DNA of 63,863 nt, filler included, from Asterionella formosa (lineage: Eukaryota), in NCBI GenBank assembly GCA_002256025.1. It is 14 parts of 14 records of this genome, joined end to end, with 100 filler letters (N's around TTAATTAATTAA, not from the genome) between each part and the next. Parts side by side here need not be neighbours in the genome. Positions count along the whole stretch, not along the records: positions 54,979 to 56,376 come from NKIB01002629.1; positions 56,477 to 57,873 come from NKIB01002630.1; positions 57,974 to 59,370 come from NKIB01002631.1; positions 59,471 to 60,866 come from NKIB01002632.1; positions 60,967 to 62,365 come from NKIB01002633.1; positions 62,466 to 63,863 come from NKIB01002634.1; 8 more parts are not named here. One strand, 5' to 3'. The stretch's first letter is position 1, and every line of letters starts with the position of its first letter. The position numbers and the translations under genes are program-made. The notes beneath the pieces are model-generated. The model did not search any database. It was not told the DNA's origin and saw only the letters and a list, made by a program, of their open reading frames with translations. Positions 54,979-63,863 of this stretch are shown here, one piece after another.

Positions 54979-55979
54979 AGGCCCAATATTGGGAGAAATT
55001 TGACCCGCAACCACAGGCAAATGAGGGGATCCGTTCGCTGGACGAACCCTTCACAACCTCCGATATTTGGACTGCCCTAAGGAAGATGAAGAGCCATCGT
55101 GCTCCGGGCGGTGACGGGATACCCACTGAACTGCTACAGGCATGTTTGGCGGAGGAACGGGCCCTACTTTCCCACCTTCAAAACTATCGGGAAGAGGAGC
55201 CCACCCCGCCACCATCCACTCCAATGACGGACTCACTAGGAACCCTACTCAACTTTGCGTATGAGAGGGGACTGGTGGCCCAGTCGTGGGCTGAGTCACT
55301 GGTCGTCTCAATACCTAAGAAAGGGGACTTGGCTGATATGAACAACTATCGGGGGATTTCGCTCATGGCCACTGTCCTCAAGGTGGTGTGTGTGATCCTT
55401 GGTACCAGGATAAATGTGGAAGCGGAATCTCGAGGGCTGTTTAGCCGAGCCCAGGCTGGCTTTCGCCAGAGAGAGGAATGTGTAACCCAGGTGGCCTGTG
55501 TCATGGAAATCATACAACGCCGGAGGATAGTGGGAGAGCCGACCTACGTGGTATTCGTAGACCTCAAGAAGGCATATGATACGGTGCCCCACGAGGCGCT
55601 CTTTGCGAAACTATCCAGGTTTGGGATCAGGGGACGTTGCCTTGCTTTTCTACGTGCCCTTTATCGCAGCAGTACAATCAGGGTACGAGTGGGGGGTGGC
55701 TTGACTGCCCTGTACTCGGACCCCTGCAGACTGTTGCGAGGTGTGCGGCAGGGTTGCCCTCTTTCGCCTATACTGTTCAACATCTTCATTGATGACTTGG
55801 CAGTGGGGACGGAGGAGAGCGGTGCCCTGGTACCAACTGGGGACAGTCGCACATGGCGGAACTCCACACCCACACTGACAGTGGGATGTACCCTTTTTGC
55901 TGATGATGCGGCCGGAATCTGCCCCTCCCTGGAGGCGGCCAAACGGTTCTGTACGCACGTTACCAACTGGGAAAAATGA
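54979..55979 (+). mobile_element. Non-LTR retrotransposon reverse transcriptase fragment
   Basis: APGGDGIP, IPKKGD, NYRGISL, QAGFR, FVDLKKAYD, GVRQGCPLSPILFN and LFADD motifs. Confidence 0.92.
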
Positions 55980-56376
55980 CTAACGCCATAGATTGGTCAT
56001 CATGTCATGTTGCAGCATAAACACACAAAATTCAAATGATAGTTTTCTACCAATTGATATTCCATAACTTTACAACTATGAGACCTTTCCATGATGTTGA
56101 TCATCTTAATTGACTGGGAAGCTGTATAGAATCAGATTGTATCCAAATCTCAAAATGGGAACAATGACTTACACCATAGAATGGTCATCATGTCATGTTG
56201 CTGCAATAATACACAAACATCAAATTATAGTTTTCTACCTCTGGATATTCCATAACTTTACAACTATGAGACCTTTCCATGATGTTGAACATCTCAATTG
56301 ACTGGGAAGAAGTTGTATAGAATGAGATTTTTTCCTTATCTCGATATTGGAACAATGACTTACACCATAGAATGGT
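55980..56376. repeat. ~188-bp satellite related to 11160-12380
   Basis: Two units of TATGAGACCTTTCCATGATGTTGA...AATTGACTGGGAAG...GAACAATGAC. Confidence 0.85.
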
Positions 56377-57354
56377 NNNNNNNNNNNNNNNNNNNNNNNN
56401 NNNNNNNNNNNNNNNNNNNNTTAATTAATTAANNNNNNNNNNNNNNNNNNNNNNNNNNNNNNNNNNNNNNNNNNNNCTGGCATCAACAATCAAGTCGGTT
56501 TCAATGTCTACCATGGAGGGGCTAACCTGATGGTCTAGATGTCAAAAGGCATCGAAAATCATGTTGGGTTTGAAGTGGGTCATGAAATGGGCTAGTAACC
56601 TGATGGTCTAGCCATCAAAAATACATGTGCTGAAATGTTGATTTGGAACTACCAAATTAGAGGCACCAATTGGGTTCCAAATTGGAATCATCTTAGTACT
56701 TAATTTGGAAGTAGATTTGGGTATCTAATTTACTGTGACATCACAGCCTACATCATTATAACATCTATGTAGAAATGTGCACCCTAAAGTTTGAGAGGCT
56801 TTGTACCAAGAATGCTGTTCCGAATTGGTATCAAAACTACCAATTTGGGAACATTTGCTTTATTTGGCTGCCAACTTGGTTTTCATGGCCAACTAACTAC
56901 ACTTCTGTGACATCAAAATTTTTGATGTCAATTCAGCCAGGTTTCCAAATTGGGTATTTCTTGGCTCCTGTTAACACATATGCCAGTATGTTACTGTCTT
57001 GATTTCTATTCCTTCATCCTTGTTGCTTCAAAAAAGGGTACCTGTAAATACTTCAATGTATATGTCAAAATTGCAACATTCTGATATAGGTTACCAAAAT
57101 GGTCAGGCCTATTTATGTATTATATACATACATGAATGAATACATAAAAATAAAATGCATTATACATGTGATCATGAAAAAATCATATGATGATAGCATC
57201 TCGACCCGACATCAACTAACGATAAGGGGGAGTTTGGGTCATTGTTAACCTAGTCATGATGCATCCATCACCTTGTTCAAAAAAGCAAAAATATTAGCCA
57301 CTGATGATGGTGCAAAATATACCAGTATCCCGTTTTGCTCTTTCGTGAGACAAA

Positions 57355-57873
57355 CTAATAATTCAGGTCCCTCAATGGCAGCTTCATACCAGAAGTCATC
57401 CTCCGAGCAATCATTTCCGCTGTCACTGCTTTACCCTTTCGCTCCCACTCTAGTCGATTCTCCAAGGCAAATTTCAGACACTCGTCTGAAGAAATTCCAA
57501 AGACGCCACATTCCTTGAGTTTTTTGGCCAGTGGGATAATGTAAAAGTCGAAAAATCCAAGTTCACTCTCGTACCAATATAACCCAGGGTCAGTATCAGC
57601 CCTGCCTTCGAGATATGTATCATACATTTCATTGAAAAGCTTTTCATTCCATTTCCTGAATATATGCCAGTGCTGCATTGTGTGAGCCACATCGGATGCC
57701 TGGATTATGTGCTCCACAACGATTGTTGCCTTTGGATTGTCCCTGAAAATTGTATGATTGGGGTCAGGTTCAACATGAAATGCTTCTGTCCATCTCATCT
57801 GCCGGTTCAACTTCAATTCGTTGTCGCATATATCAGTTGCCAATACTGCATTAACCAAGAGCTCTTTGAAACG
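57355..57873 (-). CDS. 3',5'-cyclic nucleotide phosphodiesterase domain, C-terminal part
   Basis: VLATDI, EHIIQASDVAHTMQHW, WNEKLF, ELGFFDFYIIPLAKKL and NRLEW motifs. Confidence 0.85.
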   Translation of the reverse strand, partial: RFKELLVNAVLATDICDNELKLNRQMRWTEAFHVEPDPNHTIFRDNPKATIVVEHIIQASDVAHTMQHWHIFRKWNEKLFNEMYDTYLEGRADTDPGLYWYESELGFFDFYIIPLAKKLKECGVFGISSDECLKFALENRLEWERKGKAVTAEMIARRMTSGMKLPLRDLNY

Positions 57874-58532
57874 NNNNNNNNNNNNNNNNNNNNNNNNNNN
57901 NNNNNNNNNNNNNNNNNTTAATTAATTAANNNNNNNNNNNNNNNNNNNNNNNNNNNNNNNNNNNNNNNNNNNNTCGGGCTTGTTAACTCGATCTGCACCA
58001 ATATGATCCATTGACTCCAATGCAGAAAAAATCTTCATGCAACTCAGTGGACTGAGACCAAAGAATGAACGAAATCGTCGAAGATTCGTTGCATCGCAAG
58101 TTCTTTCATTCCTATGATCATCATACCCTGCATGAAGAAGGCCCAGATCAAGAAAATCGGAAGCAGAGAGAGAGGGAGCATAGTGTGTTGAAAGGAAAGG
58201 ACAGGCAATTTTTTTTCGTTCAAATTGTTCATGGAATCATTGATGCATTATGGGTTTGTTTGAAAATATATTTTGTTTGACTATCATATCACTGTTACCT
58301 GTCTTGTGTTTGCGGGTATAATCATTCAGAGATACAAATTATTTTTTGTTGTATCTTCAGAAAAAATGAATCTTTATAGAGCTACATATCACAAATATAT
58401 CTCTGTAACGGTAAAACAGTTAGCCATTTTCTATATGTCTCTGCAAACATGTGCATCAGACTCAGCAAAAATATTCGCAATGTGCGTTTCAATTATTCAA
58501 CGTGTCTGACAATTATCATTACTGTAACGACA

Positions 58533-59370
58533 ATGAAAAATCGACCGGAAGAACCTGACAGTTGGGATGTCATTGACAATCTTGCTATAGAAGTGGAACA
58601 ACAGAGCTTTTTATTAGTTGCAGCAGTTGCATTCTCATTTTTGGAGTCCTATGAACGAAACTGGAAGACAGTGCGAATTACAAAATGGGAGTATCAACGA
58701 ATTGACTGGAATGAGCATGTCACAAAGCTTCTTCATGAGAATAGAGTTCATCGTGAATATCACATGTCTCTTGAAGCTTTAAATAAACTACTGGAACTCC
58801 TTCGACATTCTGTCACAGTTAATGTTGTTACATATAATGCAAGTTCCGTTTTATACAGCTCAAAGCAGCATATTTATCCTGAGTTGATCCTTGCCATCGA
58901 ACTTCGCTGGCTTTCAGGCGGAAACCTCATAGACATTTGTCATGTCTATTGAGTTTCTTATCCATCTGTTTATGCAATCATCACTAAAACATTACTTGAT
59001 GTGGTGAACTCCTGTACAGCACTATAAACAAAATTCCCTACAACAAACAAGGAGAAACAAACAGTGATGAATAGATTCCTTGAAAAAAGCGAGCAGCAAA
59101 TATTTCGTGGATGCATTTGTGCTATAGATGGATTTTTACAGACGTTTTCTAAACCAAGAAAAATGGATTGTGATGACTTCCCTCAAGCATATTGGTCTGG
59201 GCACTATATGTCATATGGATTGAATGTTAAGGCTGTTCAATTATTGTATCCTATACTTTGGTGTCGTGGCACCAGGAAAATGTCCAGATCAGAAGGCATT
59301 TGAAAGAACAAAACTTTTTCAGATTGTATCCAACCTTATTCCAGGGCAATACATAGTAGGTGATGCTGCT
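58533..59370 (+). mobile_element. Degenerate PIF/Harbinger (HARBI1-like, DDE_Tnp_4) transposase
   Basis: LRWLSGG, GCICAIDG, YWSGHY..GLNV, APGKCPD and IVGDAA motifs with a stop and frameshifts. Confidence 0.8.
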
Positions 59371-60966
59371 NNNNNNNNNNNNNNNNNNNNNNNNNNNNNN
59401 NNNNNNNNNNNNNNTTAATTAATTAANNNNNNNNNNNNNNNNNNNNNNNNNNNNNNNNNNNNNNNNNNNNAGAGATAAATAAAAAGTCGTCCCTCATTCC
59501 ACAACAGCATGGACAATGGAAGCCATCCTTCATCGCTCGACTCTGGAAAAAATCGGCTTCCATTTCACGACCACATATCTGGTTATTGGACATGAAATCA
59601 GGGATTGGGATTAAAAACATCGTTCATTGGGGTTTTCAACGAGATCAACAGGAAGGAGGAGAGATGCATTAGCGGCTGCAGCAAAACCCGAAAACGATGA
59701 AGGAATTCGCAAAGCATTTCATGTGACGAACCTTGCGAAAGCCACGCTCTCTAAAGCACTTGTACTTGCCAGGTCCGGTCGGGGTCGGCACGTGATAAAT
59801 ACCATACAATCTTTCCCCAGGCTGTAGTTTGTAATATTGCATTCTTGCGTTGATTATTAACAGAACAAAGCAATTGTGAACTTTTGTAACGATGCATACA
59901 ATGAAATAATTATGATGCTTTTGTAACACGTTTGACGAGCGATGTGCTCCTATCTAACAGGCGAAGGGGAGATAACTGAACCTAATGTTGCAATTAGTGC
60001 TATCGAAGGGTACCACATAAAAAGAAGTGATCACAAAATAATATCCAACACAACTTGTTGGACAGGAAAAACTCGACATATTCCAGACAAGGATTACCCA
60101 CTCAAGGATGACCAAAATGCACGCTGGTCCTACGGGCTGCTAGTACCAGGCGCCTGCATGTAATAAGACAGACCTCGCAGGACTACACCTAACGGTTTCC
60201 TCGCCGTTGAGCATATGAAGGAGACACCATGAGGTATACCCAGAATTTACCATGATGTTACCGGTACCAAACCGGCAAACATCACGTTCCAAGAACATAC
60301 CGGTACATGCTTGTAGCTATTTACAAACAACCATATACTGACATGAAGTCAATTGTACCAGGGTGGTACCCGGTACCGGTAGTCTGGTACCATTATGAAT
60401 CGGTATTTGATGCCATTATGCATACAGGGATGCAAGATGGATGTACTACGTCGTACTCCTATGAATGATGCATACCCATATTTACCACGACCGCCCAGTG
60501 TTTGCACTTCTGTACATTCATACCGAAATAGAAATGCATATAAACTAGGAGATTTCTGGAATAAGGAGTCTTGAAACTCAAAATTGCGATTAGGGGGAGA
60601 ACCCCCCAATCCAAAACCCCCTAATCGTAGCAAGGTTCGGAAACAAATTATTCTTCAAAATTAGATTTTGATAGTAAAGAAATTTATTGGCCAGCGCGAA
60701 ACCGTTAGAATTTTCTAAATGTCTAAGTAATATTAGCGGGGAGTCGAATATGAGTTTTTGCCGGCTCCATGTTACATTTTCGGCAAAATGACCGCAACTT
60801 GCTGGTACTTGGTACAGGTACCTGGTGCCAACAAACAGATACTTGTAGTCAATCGACAAATATCTTNNNNNNNNNNNNNNNNNNNNNNNNNNNNNNNNNN
60901 NNNNNNNNNNTTAATTAATTAANNNNNNNNNNNNNNNNNNNNNNNNNNNNNNNNNNNNNNNNNNNN

Positions 60967-62365
60967 TACCAGTGGGGTTGAGGGCAATTGCCCCGAGGGA
61001 ACGTGCTTGAAGGGTGTTGGATGGGTCGTTGTCTTCAAAAACTTGGACGTAGGTCCCAAACTCAATGCGCATTTGGTTGTTTTCAGGGTTGGCCGCGCCC
61101 GTGACAATGCATGCGGGGCTCATGGTGTCTGAGATGCCGTTTGCCCATGGGAACTGGTTTAGACATCGAACGGCATCGATCACCATATGGTTGATGATCA
61201 CCCGTGGAAGGCGCTTGAAAGGTAGACCGTGTGCACACGAGCGTAGTCGCTCCTTGATGGTTCGGATGGACCGTTCCACTTCACCAACGTGACTGTCAGC
61301 AGGTACAATGTTTAATGCGATAGGTTGCAAGTCCTCACGAACACACTCGAGTTCACTGTCAGCATGCACATCACAAACCTGTAGACCGCGTAGGTGGTAG
61401 AGGCGGACCGCACTCCGAATTTTGCGTAGAATGGTAGCCTTGGTCCGGTCGGGAACCAGGTCCACGGTTGGGAAACCAATACCGCGTGAGATGGTATGAA
61501 AAAATGGTAGACCCTGCACAAAGAAGAAATCGGCGCACAACGTTACGTTGTGGTGATGCTCCAGGATTGGGGCAGGAATCGGTTTGGCCACAAACGTTGG
61601 TGCTCTTTGAGCGGCATGCAACCGCGTAGTTTTACCTTTTATGGCAGCGATGTCTGGACCGTAAATGATGAGGGCGCGCTTGGCGTCGTCTGGCGTCACT
61701 GGGCAATTTCTAATCAAGTTGTTCCGTAGGATGGATTGGAATTCCGCCTCGGCAGGCCGCCCGATATTTCTATACAAATCTCTGGCTGCATTGGCTGATT
61801 GAATTTCACGTCGTGAGAATAGTTTCTTCTGTTCTGCTACTGTGGATAGCATGGTATAACCTGTAACACTGTTGTTAGTATCGTTGTTACAGCTAAACAC
61901 ATACAGTCCTGATGGGTGCTCAAGAAATTTCATCACAGTTCCATCGAGTCTATGGACAAGCATCGCAGGCTCGTCCGCAGAGTCCATGGTGACGCGGCAT
62001 ACCTTGCGCACCTCAGCAAGGGAGAGGATGTTGGCAATTGATTCACGGTTGTACCAAACCTTAAACCCAAGTTGGGAAAATCTCCTACCATGTTGGAGTC
62101 CTGGTAGCCTCCATTTGTGAGCGCCCTGAGTACGTAAGAGCTACGCCGGATGTTGCTGAGCATGTCGGCGTTCTTGAACACGGAGATTGTCGACTGCGAG
62201 TCGAGAAGGATCCACTTAGGATCAATCCCAGGGTCGCTGGTCTGTGCAAGCATGTATGCATACTGCGTCAATGTAGTGCCTGAGGTCGTCGATCCCTGCC
62301 TGTCAGGGCAGTCTCCTGCGTAGTGTCCTTGGCTTTGGCAGTTGTAACAGATGATGCCATCATGT
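60967..62365 (-). mobile_element. Ty1/Copia polyprotein fragment (zinc knuckle, protease, integrase), frameshift near 62060
   Basis: CYNCQSQGHYAGDC, WILLDSQSTISVF, ADFFFVQG and HVGEVERSIRTIKER motifs. Confidence 0.9.
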
Positions 62366-62589
62366 NNNNNNNNNNNNNNNNNNNNNNNNNNNNNNNNNNN
62401 NNNNNNNNNTTAATTAATTAANNNNNNNNNNNNNNNNNNNNNNNNNNNNNNNNNNNNNNNNNNNNTTCATGAACCTTTTCTCAAAACGACCGCCCTAGGT
62501 ATACAATGTACAAAATACGTACTGTGGAACCTGACTCTAAAACCTTTCTTCACCATCATCTCTCTTACCACCTCATACATACGAACGAC

Positions 62590-63250
62590 ACAGTACCTGG
62601 TAGACTACTGGTACCAGGTACCAGGTACCTGGTACTGGTATCATACATACCGGGACATGGCCCTTCGACACTCGACGCGAACAAGAAGCATATTTACCGG
62701 TATTTGTCTACAGTGCATGCATACCAAGCAAGTTGCGGTCATTTTGCTTACCAGGTACCGGTAAACAAACAATTTCATCTGGGATAAAACTACATAGCTA
62801 CCGGTATGATAAATCTTTAGTTTCAGCAAAATTACCGCAACTTGCACAGGTACCAGGTACCTAGTACCGGTACCATCCAGTAGACTTAAGGGTACACTAC
62901 GTACCTAGTACCTCGTACCTGGTACCTGGTACCAGTACTCCTACCCTCACTCTACCGGTATGTACATACAATTTACCAGGTACATGGTAGACTACTGGTA
63001 CCAGGTACCAGGTACCAGGTACCGTTATTAACTTAGATAGTCTACCGGTACCAGGTACCAGGTACCAGGTACTACCGGTAACGGTGCTCAAATATGCCTA
63101 CCGGTACGTACCGGTATGTACATACATAATACATACCGGTACATGGTCCTGGTACCAGGTACCAGGTACCTGATACTTACTACAGGTATACTGATACATT
63201 TTTGACGAAATTCTACCAAAGTAGTATTTTTCTGTAGGGCTCCGGTAGTG
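62590..63250. repeat. Dense array of TACCAGG/TACCTGG/TACCGG units
   Basis: For example GGTACCAGGTACCAGGTACC at ~63000, 63050 and 63150, mixed with TACCGGTA, TACTGGTA and TACCAGTA. Confidence 0.9.
62724..62850. mobile_element. Second full copy of the CCAG-TIR MITE, with internal TA-footprint insertions
   Basis: TA|CCAAGCAAGTTGCGGTCATTTTGCT...AGCAAAATTACCGCAACTTGCACAGG|TA. Confidence 0.75.
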
Positions 63251-63444
63251 TTCTACTCTGGACAGGTCAATACTGTCCGGTTTTCCTCCCTTGCTTGACC
63301 GTGGTGAAAATATGGTATAGAGAAAGGCAAAAATTCTACCCAGTAATACTGGGGGTAGAATTTTTCTTCACATTTTGGTACATAGAATATTCTACCAACG
63401 GACCAATGGAACCCTGCAGTATGCCATGCTATTGTCCAAGAAAA

Positions 63445-63476
63445 TGTCTGTGTCTGTGTGTCTTGTCTGTCTGTGT

Positions 63477-63517
<41 letters not shown>

Positions 63518-63526
63518 GTGTCTGTC
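63445..63526. repeat. (TG)n microsatellite
   Basis: Pure TG run at ~63480-63515 with degenerate TGTC flanks. Confidence 0.95.
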
Positions 63527-63863
63527 AATTCCACGTGGTCAGCCAAATTGACAATTGCTTCCAACTAACAAGAAAACTAACTGCAAATATTTGATTCCTT
63601 GTCGCTCTGATGGCCAAGCTGCATCTGTGTTGAACGCAAATTCTAAGGACAAGAGGGATGCGCCAAGCTAGGTTCTCATTGATTGCATCCCTGTCAAAAG
63701 GCAGTTGTTTTCTTGTTTCCTTGGCCATTATCCTGAGACAGAGTGTATGGACCAATGCACTAACCCAAGAAACAGTGGGTTTTCTGCTAAGAACTGACAA
63801 TCCAGCAAATGCTAAAGAAAGACTTAGACAATTCTGCAAGATGATGTGTATGCAGGAAAATCA

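Noticed and set aside
62990..63075. (CCAGGTA)n as telomeric repeat
   Set aside because: Mixed orientations and unit lengths, and interstitial positions throughout the window

Overview
Eukaryotic, most likely diatom (stramenopile) genomic DNA. Evidence: GT-AG introns, bipartite signal+ASAFAP-type plastid presequences and diatom-type Copia elements. The window is 14 contigs joined by artificial N44-TTAATTAATTAA-N44 linkers: two ~23 kb contigs and twelve ~1.4 kb contigs. Host genes are sparse: plastid chorismate synthase, a small basic plastid-targeted protein, a PH-domain protein, a multi-domain COG4337/iota-type carbonic anhydrase, and fragments of an FG/CCCH protein, SECISBP2, NCAPH2, FAH and a cyclic-nucleotide PDE. 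Most of the rest is transposon debris: Copia with LTRs, a non-LTR RT, DD39D mariner, pogo-like, Harbinger/Pangu-like elements, a Crypton-type tyrosine recombinase, tRNA-derived SINE-like heads, satellites, and an unclassified large element carrying an Ulp1-like gene. One 1.4 kb contig is a GC-rich bacterial histidine-kinase fragment, probably contamination. The most striking unexplained signal is the abundant TA-(CCGG/CCAGG/CCTGG/CCAG/CTGG)-TA motif. Comparison of paralogous repeat copies shows it as insertions at single TA sites. A TA-flanked MITE family whose ends read CCAG...CTGG is present, which suggests these arrays are stacked transposon excision footprints, apparently concentrated in promoter regions. 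All calls were made by eye; no searches were run.
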